Source of the DNA: Octopus sinensis
Taxonomy: Eukaryota
Assembly (NCBI RefSeq): GCF_006345805.1
Contig: NC_043009.1
Location: 10,850,001 to 10,914,000 of the forward strand
DNA length: 64,000 nt
Direction: 5' to 3'
A model generated the notes under the pieces. The model was given only the letters and a program-made list of their open reading frames with translations. It was not told the origin of the DNA and did no database searches. A program made the translations under genes and the position numbers. This document shows positions 51,069 through 64,000 of the stretch, piece by piece. Position 1 is the first letter of the stretch, and each line of letters starts with the position of its first letter.

Positions 51069-52219
51069 TTATTTCTTTATTGCCCACAAGGGGCTAAACA
51101 TAGAGGGGACAAACAAGGACAGAGAAACGGATTAAGTCGATTACATCGACCCCAGTGCGTAACTGGTACTTATTTAATCGACCCAAAAAGGATGAAAGGC
51201 AAAGTCGACCTCGGCGGAATTTGAACTCAGAACGCACTAGCGGACGAAATACCTATTTCTTTATTATCCACAAGGGGCTAAACATAAAGGGGACAAACAA
51301 GGACAGACATAGGTATTAAGTCGATTACATCGACCCCAGTGTGTAACTGGTACTTAATTTGTTGACCCCGAAGGGATGAAAGGCAAAGTCGACCTCGGCG
51401 GAATTTGAACTCAGAACGTAGCGGCAGGCGAAATATCTATTTCTTTATTACCCAGAAGGGGCTAAACATAGAGGGGACAAACAAGGACAGACATGGGTAT
51501 TAAGTCGATTACATCGACCCCAGTGCGTAACTGGTACTTATTTAATCGACCCCGAAAGGATGAAAGGTAAAGTCGACCTCGGCGGAATTTGAACGCAGAA
51601 CGTAGCGGCAGGCGAAATACCAATTTCTTTATTACCCACAAGAGGCTAAATATAGAGGGGACAAACAAGGACAGACATAGGTATTAAGTCGATTACATCG
51701 ACTCCAGTTCGTAACTGGTACTTAATTTATCGACCCCGAAAGGATGAAAGGCAAAGTCGACCTCGGCGGAATTTGAACTCAGAACGTAGCGCAGGCGAAA
51801 TACCTATTTCTTTATTACCCACAAGGGGCCAAACACAGAGGGGACAAACAAGGACAGACATAGGTATTAAGTCGATTACATCGACCCCAGTGCGTAACTG
51901 GTACTTATTTAATCGACCCCGAAAGGATGAAAGGTAAAGTCGACCTCGGCGGAATTTGAACTCACAACGTAACGCCGGACGTAATACCTATTTCTTTATT
52001 ACCCACAAGGGGCTAAACACAGAGGGGACAAACAAGGACAGACATAGGTATTAAGTCGATTACATCGACCCCAGTGCGTAACTGGTACTTAATTTATCGA
52101 CCCCGAAAGGATGAAAGGCAAAGTCGACCTCGGCGGAATTTGAACTCACAACGTAACGCAGACGAAATACCGCAAAGCATTTCGCCCGGCGTGCTAACGG
52201 TTCTGCCAGCTCGCCGCCT
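51069..52219 (-). repeat. Tandem array of six SINE B units (one full head plus five 183-184-bp head-less units)
   Basis: Unit starts at 51069, 51253, 51437, 51621, 51804 and 51988; the only complete head is at 52171-52219; a further variant head lies at about 50920-51068. Confidence 0.95.
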
Positions 52220-52589
52220 TCTCTTCTATTAGTAGTAGTAATAATGTAGACGTTGAAGACGGACAAATGGTTCCCTTGCCGCCGCCGCTTCTACTCTCCT
52301 TCTCTTTGTTGTTGCTCTCAGTATTGTTACTGTTACGAGTTGCTATCTCTGCTGTCACACTCAGATCGCTTCTCATTACTATCACCACAGCGCTTAGATC
52401 TTTTCTCACTGTTGTCGTGGTTGTAAATTTTTATAGTATTTTTTTTCTCTCCGATTTCCATGGTTCGTTTCCTTCAAGAATAACAGGAAATCTCATGTAA
52501 TTTCCACTTCATTTCTTTCAAAGAGAATTCATGTAAAAATGTATTTTAGCACTTTGGGGTATATATTCTCGATTTTCTTTTTGCTTCTT

Positions 52590-52870
<281 letters not shown>

Positions 52871-53504
52871 TCCATCTTTGCATACTTGCTTCTTTCTCTG
52901 TTTTTTTTTTTAAGAATTTTCCTTCTATATCAACACTTATCATATTTTAAAACTATTTTTTAAATACTTTTTATCTGTATTCTTGTATAACTAAGCAAGT
53001 TCATTTCAGTAAAAAAAAAAAACAGAACAAAAATAAAAAAAAGAACATTACTTCCAGATATATCACAACCACCACCATCATAACGACTCGTATTCTTGCT
53101 GCTTTAAATTATAATAATATCGATATCTCACATATGCACTTGGCCAAGCATTTTATGTGAAGGGCATACTCCATTTAATCAATACCACTACATGAATTCC
53201 GGTACACCACACAAACTTCCGGCAAAAGGTGGAAATGAAACACAAGATGAAGGGAAGTAATACCACAAAGCTGCTTGCTCTTAAAAGTGGTTATCGTTTT
53301 CTCGGCCGTAAGGGTGACGAATGATATTTATTTACGCTAAATCAATTATGAAAACTACTGGCATGGAGACACCAGTATATAAGATGAATTTAGCTGAGTC
53401 GACGCAGTAGAGAAGAGACACTTGTAGCCGCTCTAGGAACAGTATAAAAAGGAAGATGCTTGCTCATCCAGCTGTGTGTTTTGAGTTACAGATATATGCT
53501 ACAA

Positions 53505-53950
53505 CTAAAGCTGGCAGTAACGTTAGCACACCGGGCGAAGTGCTTAGCGGTATTTCGTCTGTCGCTACGTTCTGAGTTCAAATTCCTCCGAGGTCGACTT
53601 TGACATTCATCCTTTCGGGGTCGATTAAATAAGTACCAGTTATGCACTGGGGTCGATATAATCGACTTAATCCCTTTGTCTGTCCTTGTTTGTCCTCTCT
53701 GTGTTTAGCCCCTTGTGAGTAGTAAAGAGATAAGAAACGTTAGCAGGCCGGGCGAAATGCCTAGCGGTATTTTGTCTGCCGCTACGTTCTGAGTTCAAAT
53801 TCCGCCGAGGTCGACTTTGCCTTTCATCCTTTCGAGGTCGATTAAATAAGTACCAGTTTCGCACTGGCATCGATGTAATCGACTTAATCCGTTTGTCTGT
53901 CCTTGTTTGTCCACTCTATGTTTAGCCCCTTGTGGGTAATAAAAAAATAA
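53505..53950 (+). mobile_element. SINE family B dimer with probable 11-bp TSD
   Basis: The tail is joined to agaaacgttagca at about 53731; agatatatgct at 53490-53500 and 53950-53960. Confidence 0.85.
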
Positions 53951-54209
53951 GATATATGCTGATAGTAAGTCCACTTGAGAAGAGTAAACTGCCTGCTTTT
54001 CCCGTAATGAGAAAGGCGGCAGAGGTTGATCCTTACTTAGACTTGGTTAAGAAATGGATCCCTCTAGCATGTGCAAGCAAATGCTCAGAATATTACCATA
54101 AAGCAGCAGTGCACCAATAATAAATGAGAGGAACGATTTGGCGGTTATGGAAGTAGAACCTTAGAAATGTAAAAGTGCTACCATCGAATTTATGCAATTA
54201 ACGACACAC

Positions 54210-54352
54210 ATACCTATCTATCTATCTATCTATCAATCTATCTATCTATCTATCTCTCTCTCTCTCTATCAATCTATCTATCTATCTCTCTCTATCAATC
54301 TATCTATCTATCTCTCTCTATCAATCTATCTATCTATCTCTCTATCTATCTA

Positions 54353-54402
<50 letters not shown>

Positions 54403-54410
54403 AATACATA
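54210..54410. repeat. (TCTA)n-(TC)n-(TA)n compound microsatellite
   Basis: Direct inspection. Confidence 0.95.
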
Positions 54411-57009
54411 AATATGAGAGAGCGACCACTATGTGGTCTACTCTAGTGCTAAAAATAGATCCACTATGGTATAGCCACTAAAAAATTGTTTCCAAGGAGA
54501 AGTAACACAACATTTAGCGTGGGGTAAGTGAAAAATAACGAAAAAATAGATTAACCCTGAACAATTGTTTCATTATTAATGTAAATGCAATTTTACTTAC
54601 ACAACATCCATAAATCATCAGCAGGAATTTGTCTTAAATACAATTTATTAAATCCTGTAATTCAAATGAGGAAAATTGGAAATGAGCAATGTCCAGACAC
54701 TTCGCATAGACAATAGCTGTGTATGCAAACAACGTGGCTTCAACCATATTAGGAACAGCGACGTAATCTAGGTTTTATGGATAACTGACAAAAACTTTTT
54801 CTCACTTAAAATAATGGGAAAACAATTAATATGAGAGAGGAATGAGGTAAAGAAATGTTAAAAACACTGATAACGATCGGCAAAGAAAGAAAGAAACAGT
54901 AAAAGAGAAATGAAAATGTGTCAAAGTGTCTCTCAGTCAAAGACTTCTAATTTATTTCAAAATTAAAATGATCGTAGAATGATCTCTACTTAACAGAGAT
55001 CTTTAAATAGACCGAAGGTTTTCTTAAATATTATTGCTTAAAATGCTTTGATTTATTCAGGAAACAAAATGAAATTACTCATTAATTAGAAAGAAAAGTA
55101 ATTAAAAAAAAATGAATGGTGATAATAGGATCGAATAAATTCTCTTAAACATCTTCACTAAATTTACTGTTACATTATTGACTAGGTATCCATTAAATTT
55201 GCATTATAAATCACATTCTCTAAGCGATATAGAATTCCTAATTAATTCATTAATTAATTAGTTGTATCATGTTCGAAGCTCTTTATTTGTCATTGCATTT
55301 TATTTGGCCATTTACGTATACATATAAGAAATCATTCCTTACCTTACTATTTCTTCCGTTAGACATTTTCAGGAAATATTCACCAAAGCATTCTCAATGT
55401 TTATAGAATTTAGAAAAATTAAGCGAACTGATGATATTCCATTAAAAGCTAATACTTTCCAAAAAGTGACATATTGAGTGAATTAATACTGTTACACAGA
55501 ATAGGTATAATTATAGGAAATGGACCTACAAATATTCACTGTTTTGGGAATCACTGGTATGTTTTCGTTTTCGTAGTAGGTTTCAAATGAAAGACACGTA
55601 TCTATTTATACAGGGTGTACGTAATTTCCCCAGAAAAAAGATCTATACCTGTCCTTTTGTTTCAGTCAACAAAAAACATGCAGAATTAATTACCGTATCC
55701 ATAAACATAAGGAAATATCCAGGTGGAATTCGAACTCACCTTTCACGTGTCGACAGTTAAACAATTTATATATTTGGCTACTGTATCAATTACATTCTCT
55801 ATAAAAACACGTCCAACTACATTTCTCGTGTTCCATGCCATTCTTGAAATGCCGAAAGTCTTGTTCAGAAAATTAATTTCCTCCAGTGAGTGGTTAAAGA
55901 TGAGCAACGTCGAATCGTGGCTGCGTATCTTCTCTTTATACTAATGTCACTCCATCTAGACTAATTTCCAACTGAATGTTCGGTTAAAACAGTGGTGATA
56001 ATAGTCAGTTACTTTCAAATCACTTGGATAGAATTTGTCCAAGGTTGCCTAAATGCTTCGGAGGAAGAGATATCACAGTATTTATGAATCCTGTCACAAT
56101 ATTTATTCTTCGACAGACAATAATGTTCACTGAGGTAATAGCTTCCAGATAAATGGTTTCTGTGCAAATGAATAGAATTTCTTATTTTGCTGTTAATTGT
56201 TTCATTTTAAAACGAATTGCTGAGAAGTTTAAGAAAACTGAAAATGAAATAGGAATAAGGTTTCTCTTTTCGAATCAGATTTCATCAAAAGATAGAAAAG
56301 TGAAATCTAATGTTGGTAACGTTGCAAATCTATTTTAACGCAATTCAATGTATGAATAATTTAATTTGTCTCTGATGTCTCTAAACAGCGAATCTATTGT
56401 TCAAACTAACATTATTAACGAGACTGTATCAATGAAATATGCCGAAAGAGAAACTCTATGGAGTGCGTTTGTGCTCGTAGCTGTGGAGAATTTATCACGT
56501 GGCAATCAGCTATTCATACGGCTCACTAATCTGGGAAGAGAAAAAAGAGAAGGAATAAAGAAAACCATTGGCAACCAGTTATCATTTAGTCTTCTTCCTT
56601 TTCTTCATTCTTTCTCTGTTTCTTTGTTCATTCATTCTTAGGACAACAACAATGATCAATGGTATTTCTGATTCAAGTATTCCAAACATATTCCGAGATC
56701 GAGAAAGAAAGTCGAGAATGGCTAGAAAGCAATAAGAAGAAAATACCTAGCGACTGAATAAATTCTGCCGGGGTAAAATAAGACTTCTGAATAATTAAGG
56801 TCTAAAAGATCGGAACAGGTCAAGCGAATAGAATGTTAAAATCAGAATTTGATGGGTTTGATGCAGAAAATAACCACAGGTGAAGGGAAATGGAAAGAGA
56901 GAAGTAGGAAATAATTTCTAAAAGCCATAGATCGGAAATTGAGAAGGGATATAAGTAATGGGTGGGTGTGCTCTCCATGCTGATGTTTACGAAGACGTTA
57001 AAGAACGAT

Positions 57010-57605
57010 GGCGACAGGAGGAGAGTGATAGAGAGAGACTGGGAAAGAGAGAGAAGGAGAGACGGAAGGTGGGAGAGCAAGAGAGGGACAGAATGGGAGA
57101 GATAGATGGACAGAGAGAGAATGGGAGAAAGGAATGAGAGAGCGATTGAGTAAGAGAGAGAGATGGAGCGATAGAGTGAGTGAGTGAGAGAATGGGTGGG
57201 AAGAATGAGAGATCGGGGGAGAGAGCAAGAGAGGGATTGAGAGGTAGAGAGTGAGCGACAAAGAGACGGAGTTAGAGGGACAGAGAGAGAATGGTGAAAA
57301 AATGAGAGCTCGAGCAAGTAAGAGAGTGTTTGAGAGAGTGCGAGCAAAAGAGAGAGAGTGTGTGGGAGAAATAAAGAGGGAGAAAGAGAGAGAGAAAGAG
57401 AGGGGAGAGAAAGAAAGAGAGAGAGAGAGAGAGAGTGGTAGAGTGACAGACAAAGGGACAGAGAGAGAATGGGTGACAAGAATGAGAGATCGGCCGATTA
57501 AGGGAGTGAGAGAGAGAGAGGGGAGAGAGAGAGACAGGAAGACAGAACGAGAGTAGAAGAGTAAGAATGAGAAAACGTGAAGGACAAGAAGCGAGAAAGA
57601 GAAAG
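57010..57605. repeat. Degenerate GA-rich polypurine tract
   Basis: About 600 bp of mostly G/A on the plus strand; explains the SL/RE ORFs. Confidence 0.9.
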
Positions 57606-58717
57606 AAGTTAAATAGTTAATGTGAGCAATGAATAAAAGGAAAATTGAATCGTTGTTTACGCAATCGTTATTTACACTCCCCCACCACCACCACCACCAC
57701 TACCAGCCCCACCAGCCCCACCACAGTCACCATCCTCTCCTCAACAACCCCCAATCTTCACTATGCGTGGTAGCCTAATCCAACGCAACAACCACCATAA
57801 AGAGGCTCATGAAAAGCAGGTTACGTTTACATATAACAAAGCATATATTGATTTGTTGCACGACAAAATGAAGGCCGAGGTTTCACATAAGATCATCCCC
57901 GAGGAGAAAATCTTACAAAGTACAAAATACGATTGCTTTTTTTTTTTAGTCTTTATTCGTTTATGCTCTTCGTTCGACGGTGATACAGCGTTTCACTAAA
58001 ACATGCCTGTCCTCATTATTCATGCAGCGCAATCATAGGCGCAGATTTTACTTAGATTGACAAAACCCTTTATATCTTCAAAACACTGTGTGCTGGGTTA
58101 CAGATATGGTACATCGAGCAGGTTTCATGCATTCTACCACAGGCGTGGCTTGGACTCACACACACACACACACACACACACAATGGGCATTTTAGAGGCA
58201 TGCAACAAATACCATATTTTGTTTTTTGCAGTAATACCGAGCTAGGGTCCCTGTTGGTTTCAGGAAAACTGGCGTACGCTGTATAAAGCTTAAAGATACA
58301 AATAACATTTTCTGTTACGTTTATTATTAATATATGTATGTATAAGTGTGTTTGAGTATTTCTCTGTTTATGTGTTCGTGTATGTGTGCCTGGTATAGAA
58401 ATATTCAGGTATGGACACATAAAATCATTTGTGGAAAGAAAACCTCCCCCAAAAGACCACTCATTCACTTGTGAGCATTCAAATCTTTGAAAATCCAGGA
58501 GAAGGCTCTGTAAATAGCTTTCGGTCATTTAGGCTGTGTCTCTCTGCGGATCTTTAACTTTAAAGACTGATGTGTGTGTGTGTGTGACGAAAATGAGTAA
58601 GCTTTTACAATTCAATTGTACAGTGTTTTATACGAAGAAATGAGATGCATTAAAGGAATTATTATACGAGATATGTATGGTAACAGCAGTTAAAAATAAT
58701 TACCACATATACGCGCA

Positions 58718-59022
58718 TTGTTCTTTGTTCCTTCTCGAACTACGCCTGGCTCATAAGGACCGTTTTTCAGGTTTCCTTCGCGTATAGGTTCCCCACCTGG
58801 ACGGGACGCCAGTCTGTCGCACGTGAGCTGTAAGATGCAGGAGGAAAAAGAGAGAAATTTGTGGCGAAAGAGAGAGCAGAAGTTCGCCTTTACCTTCTGA
58901 GGGAGCCGCGTGGAGTTTAAGTGTTTCGCTCATAAACACACACATCGCCCGGTCTGAGATTCGAACCAGCGATCCCTCGACCGCGAGTCCGCTGCTCTAA
59001 CCACTAGGCCATGTGCCTCCAC
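58718..59022 (-). mobile_element. SINE family C with V-like tail
   Basis: Closely matches 37915-38180. Confidence 0.85.
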
Positions 59023-59689
59023 TATACGTGCATAGAAGACGATATTTTCAATATTTCCTTATAAATCTCGAATATCTGTCGTGCATCGTATTGCAGGAAT
59101 GTTACATTGGTCATTTGCTAATTTCTCCTCGCAGACGAGGGTTGTCTCTATTATACTTCTGTGTCTGTACTGCAAAAGAACAGAAAGGAAGTCAAGCGAT
59201 CAACATTATTTATGCCGCGAAACCATTATAAAACCTGGATATAGGTTTATGAAATGCTAAAACCTTGCGTTTTTGATTGTCATTTTATATTTTCAAAATG
59301 TTCAAGTCAAAACTGGGATTCTGCCCCCGGTACCGGAGCGTTCTCTATGCCAAGAATTACGATACTTAATTTTAGAAAAAAATTAAAATCTATAAGTGTA
59401 GTACGGATTCTATCCTTGAATTAGTTAATCGCAATTAACCCGATAGGCAACGGAATATTCCATGTATGCAAACTCACAGATATGTCTTGTGCGTATGAAC
59501 ATACAGACGTCTGTATAGAAACTTGTATATATAAATACACAAGCGACGCACGCTGAAAACACATGAACAGAGACAAACGCAAACTTACAGAAATATTTAC
59601 ATAGACTGACTTACACAAAACGAGAAACAACCACGCGTAAACGCCCACGATAACTTCAGATGCGATCGAAGTGTATATCTTCTAACATG

Positions 59690-60040
59690 AACACACACAC
59701 ATGCACACACACAAACGCACATACACACTCGCGCACACACAAAGGCACACACACACACACTCTCTCACATACACATACACACTAACACACACACACTAAC
59801 ACACACTCACACACAAACATTCATAAACACACACTCACTAACTCACACACACACACGCACACATACACACTCAATCGCACACACATACTCTCTGTCACAC
59901 ACACTCACACACACACTCACAAACACACACTCACACACTCATACACACACATTCACTAACCCACACACGCTCACACACTCATGCGCACACACACACACTC
60001 TCCCTCACATACTTACAGACACACAGACACACACACATAC
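59690..60040. repeat. Degenerate (CA)n tract
   Basis: Direct inspection. Confidence 0.9.
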
Positions 60041-60393
60041 GGACAAATTTGTGTACACATTTATCAACCTGTACACACGCGAACACAACACCTATACACG
60101 CAACACACTCCTACATTCGTGCGTGAGTACGAATACATTTGCATAAGTTGATTACCGAGGTAGAATGCCATAACATTTAGGGAAGATTGCAAGATTAGTG
60201 TTGTTCAAATCAATCACTTGACTTCACTTTATCATCAGATAAGTATGTTTCGTTGTTTAGGAAGCATAAAGGCAGGAGAGAGACAAAAAAGATGATGGAA
60301 CGTGAAATGTTTCAGAAAGAAAAAGCGGGGGGGGGGAGAAGAATGGAAGTGGTAGGTTGGATACGACGTAAGAGGAGACAACGACAACAGAAA

Positions 60394-60394
60394 C

Positions 60395-60464
<70 letters not shown>

Positions 60465-60479
60465 GTAATAATAATAATA

Positions 60480-60543
<64 letters not shown>

Positions 60544-60564
60544 AACTAATGATAATGATAATAA

Positions 60565-60623
<59 letters not shown>

Positions 60624-60672
60624 ATATAATAATAATAATAATAATTATTATTATTATTATTATTATTATTAT
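60394..60672. repeat. (AAT)n-(AGT)n-(AAT)n then (ATT)n microsatellite
   Basis: Direct inspection. Confidence 0.95.
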
Positions 60673-60679
60673 AGTGATG

Positions 60680-60880
60680 ATGGTTTAAAATTTTGCCATA
60701 AGACCAGCAATTTTGGTAAGTCGATTGCAACGAACCCAGTGTTCGACTTATATTATCGACTCTGGAAGGATGAAAGGCAAAATCGACCTGAGCGACATTT
60801 GAACTCAAAACGTAAAGACTGACGAAATGCTGCTATGCATTTAGCTCAACGTGCTAACGATTCTGCCAGCTCACTGTCTT
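60680..60880 (-). mobile_element. Diverged SINE family B variant
   Basis: aaggatgaaaggcaaaatcgacc...gtgctaacgattctgccagctc. Confidence 0.8.
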
Positions 60881-60920
60881 AATAATAATAATAATGATGA
60901 TGATGATGATGATGATGATG

Positions 60921-61170
60921 AAAAAGGTTGTAGTAGTACCGATAATTGTCGGAGCCCTGGAATCAGTGCGTAAAAATCTTGAGAAGTACATAGAACAAAT
61001 AGGGGCTGCAACAAGGGTGGAGCACTTACAGAAGATAGCACTGTTGGAACCAACCGCTCGAATATTCCGGGTGGTGCTGGAAAAATAAGGGGTATTACAA
61101 TAATTCACTGGTAGTGAACATTTGGCACCGTAGTACCTCTTGAGTGTTAGAAGCAAGGTGAAAAGACAAT
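60921..61170 (+). mobile_element. R4/Dong-type RLE LINE extreme 3' end
   Basis: KVVVVPIIVGALESVRKNLEKYIEQIG...LQKIALL...ARIFRVVLEK*, then a 3' UTR and (TAA)n. Confidence 0.82.
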
Positions 61171-61212
61171 GACGATAATAATAATAATAATATAATGATG
61201 ATGATGATGATA

Positions 61213-61488
61213 CAGGAAACCCCAAAATGGCAGAAATTCAAAAGATAGTGCTCATGGGAACTGCTCACATCCTACGCAAAATACTTTCTACGTAATCTCA
61301 AGTTTTAAAACAAACATAATTTTCTTGTGGTTTCTTCAACATTCTCTAGAACAACACTATATACAAAATCAAATGTATGACACCCTAGGCATAACACCAA
61401 CATGAACTTCCAGCTTGTTGTCTCTTGAAGTTTCTGGGTGAGACTTGGAGCCAACTTGTACAAATGTAAAGCAAAAGTCAAACATAAA
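61213..61488 (+). mobile_element. RLE LINE 3' end of a second subfamily
   Basis: GNPKMAEIQKIVLMGTAHILRKILST*, then a 3' UTR ending in (TAA)n 61489-61717. Confidence 0.82.
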
Positions 61489-61564
61489 ATAATAATAATA
61501 ATAATATGATGATGATGATGGTGATGATGATAACAGCAACAACAACAATAACAACAACAACAAC

Positions 61565-61628
<64 letters not shown>

Positions 61629-61637
61629 GTAGTAGTA

Positions 61638-61692
<55 letters not shown>

Positions 61693-61717
61693 TAATAATG
61701 ATAATAATAATAATAAA

Positions 61718-62095
61718 TGCCCTGATGCAGTACCAGGCAGAGGCTCTCATGGCTTCTCATCTTAAATGATTGAAAATGTTATCATGTACATTGTTTTGTT
61801 TTGGTATAAATGTTGGGTTACACCAAATATTCTGCTCAATACCACAGATTTGCTTGCTAGCTGTTTGACCTTAACCAGTTGAGCATGTCCCTTTGTGGCT
61901 GATGATATGTGCATCTCTGATCATGCGCAGAAGTAGTGGGAGAGGATTATAGATATTTGTTGAGAGGAATTCCTTGGTGGTTTGGATAATTCACCTTTGG
62001 AAATATAGGAATTTTGTTCATCCTTAAACAACTCTTATTCAGGGACCTTTTGAGCGTGATGGGCTACTCTACTTGAAGAAAATTCTAACATAGTT
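61718..62095. mobile_element. Unclassified non-coding repeat starting at a (TAA)n tract
   Basis: Begins gccctgatgcagtaccaggcag; I recall this as a high-copy octopus repeat but cannot verify it from this window. Confidence 0.4.
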
Positions 62096-62119
62096 CCACT
62101 TGGCATTATCATTACTTAC

Positions 62120-63259
62120 AATGATAGTACTTGGGCACTATCGTTACTTACATATTCAGCAGCTTTTGTAGATTGGACCAAATCTGAATTAGCAAAGCTT
62201 GACGGAAGAACTAGAAAGGAATTCAATGTGAATGGAGGGTTCCACCCAACATCAACAGTAACAAGATTATACTTACCTAGAAAGGAAGGTGAAAGAGCTT
62301 TAATATCAGTAAAAGCCTGCGTGGAGTTAGCCTCCTATGCAGGTGATAATGAAGAAAACATATTAAGAGCTGATAGAGTCACAGCAGGAAATATGAAAAC
62401 GAAAAGACAAATAAAGTTGAAAAGCAGAGAAGAGAACAAAAGTTATCTGCGCAAGAGAAAACTTTCCATGGTAGATTCCCAAAGATAGGTTCAAGAAATA
62501 GCAAAGAGACATTGTTATGATTGCAGAAAGGACGGTTGAAAAGGGAAACGAAATGCTTGTTAGTAGCAGCATTAGATCAAGCATTAAGGATTAATTCAAT
62601 AAAAATCAAGAGAGATAAAAACCAAATAGATTCCCAATGTAGGTTATGCAAATTAAAATAGGAAAGTGTTACTCATTTAGTAAGTGAATGTAATATGCTG
62701 GTACAGAAAGAATACTAGAAAAGACATGAGAACCCAGGGATTTATGTAAAAAGCTAGGATTTAAACATAGTGATAAATGATATGAACATGAAGCTAGTAA
62801 AGTACTGGAAAGTAAGGAATTTAAATCTTTGTGGGACTTTAACATACAGACGGACAGAGTAATATAAGCTAGAAGGCCTGTTTCAGTAGTAGTGGATAAA
62901 GGGAATAGAAAGCGCCATTTAATAGACATTACAGTCCCAAATAATGAGAAATTCAATATGAGAAGCATAGAGAAAATAGCCAAATACCAGGACTTAGCCA
63001 TTGAGTTACAGAGACTATGGAAAGTGCGGGTAAAATATACCACTGTATTTATAAGTGCATTAGGAAATATCCCTAAACATTTGAACAAATGGATAGAGGA
63101 AATAGGCATAAAACCCAGCTCCTGCAAACAATGTCGTTAGGGACAGCTAGAGTATTTTGGAGGGTTCTTGCCATTTCAGGTTACTAGTTGTTGCCCGATG
63201 TTAGAAATTTTTCTATTCCTAACATCGGGCTACAACTAATCTGTTGAGGATATGAGAAA
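62120..63259 (+). pseudogene. R4/Dong-clade non-LTR retrotransposon 3' 1.1 kb (RT thumb, CCHC knuckle, RLE)
   Basis: TWALSLLTYSAAFVDWTKSELAKLDGRTRK...HPTSTVTRLYLPRKEG; CRLCKLK*ESVTHLVSEC (CCHC); LWDFNIQTDRVI*ARRP; HLIDITVPN...EKIAKYQDLAIEL..LW; GTARVFWRVL; ends in (TAA)n 63257-63322. Several stops and frameshifts. Confidence 0.93.
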
Positions 63260-63282
63260 TAATAATAATAATAATAATAATA

Positions 63283-63317
<35 letters not shown>

Positions 63318-64000
63318 TAATATGACTTTGTAAGTGAACAGTGTGGTGTGTTTATTTTAATGGCCTAACAATATATACAATGCGTTTCTCTGTCCTCGGT
63401 GTCAGGAAGACACTCGGAAAGAAATGGAAACAAAATTGAAAGGAGATAATAATGAATATAATAATAATAATAACAACAACAACAACAACAACAACAATAA
63501 TAATAATGATAATAATCCTTTCTACTGTAATGGGTGAGATACCGCTGAGTATTTCGCCCAGCGCACTAAAGATTCTGCCAGCTCACCGTCTTGTGCTAAT
63601 GATAAGAATAACAATGCTATTATAAATTAATGAGAAATTGATTTCTTTGTGTACATTAAGCGAAGGAAAGGGATATGCTACCGAAACGAACATTCTACCA
63701 GTTATTCCAGTGAATGAGTAAAACTCCGGGTTTTATAACATCAGCCATGCTAACTATACCACTGCAACATAACTATAAAATTTACTGGATATCTGAAACA
63801 TTGATTGTATCAAGTGATAGCAGCGAAAGAAGACGAATCACATGAAATACACCCTGGTCGTACAAAGAATAAATGTGCGGCTGTGAAACATAGGTAGAAT
63901 ATCTGAGCAGCGTTATGTGCATTCGAAACCCCTGTATTGCTTCCTGGTTGTGGTATTCCCTGATCGCAGTTTTGGCTGAGGTTCATCTCTTCTCAGTATT

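Noticed and set aside
51069-52219. CRISPR-like or rRNA-like regular array
   Set aside because: The units are whole SINE bodies with no unique spacers, in a eukaryotic context.
57010-57605. GA-rich tract as a coding region or regulatory triplex
   Set aside because: Triplex potential is generic to such tracts and nothing here shows function.
60626-60672. (AAT)n/(ATT)n hairpin
   Set aside because: Explained by the tail of the oppositely oriented SINE at 60680-60880 meeting an existing tract.

Overview
AT-rich, repeat-saturated eukaryotic DNA with no convincing host gene; it looks intronic or intergenic. The SINE families and dense (TA)n/(CATA)n/(TAA)n microsatellites point to an Octopus-like cephalopod (my inference, not a database result). 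Almost all ORFs in the supplied track are microsatellite or SINE translation artefacts. The real coding remnants all come from transposons: a Tc1 DD34E transposase (1.5-2.1 kb), a Buster/Charlie-type hAT with TIRs and a decayed 8-bp TSD (39.3-41.8 kb), a Penelope-like GIY-YIG endonuclease (35.5-35.8 kb), several R4/Dong-type RLE LINE ends sitting in (TAA)n tracts, two mariner deletion derivatives, a TA-flanked MITE and a non-autonomous Helitron. About 40 copies of three or four tRNA-derived SINE families are present; my labels A-D are provisional. The most interesting signal is a set of (TA)n-associated fold-back elements (0.3-0.6, 15.3, 32.4-32.9 and 33.1-33.4 kb) plus a short related motif at 43.4 kb. 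They carry minimal type-I hammerhead ribozyme folds of the Penelope-associated kind. One family has a G3-C8 swapped core (GUGAACA instead of CUGANGA) in two separate copies. Also notable is a six-unit SINE array with alternating unit variants and fixed junctions. All coordinates and alignments were read by eye; no searches or folding programs were run.
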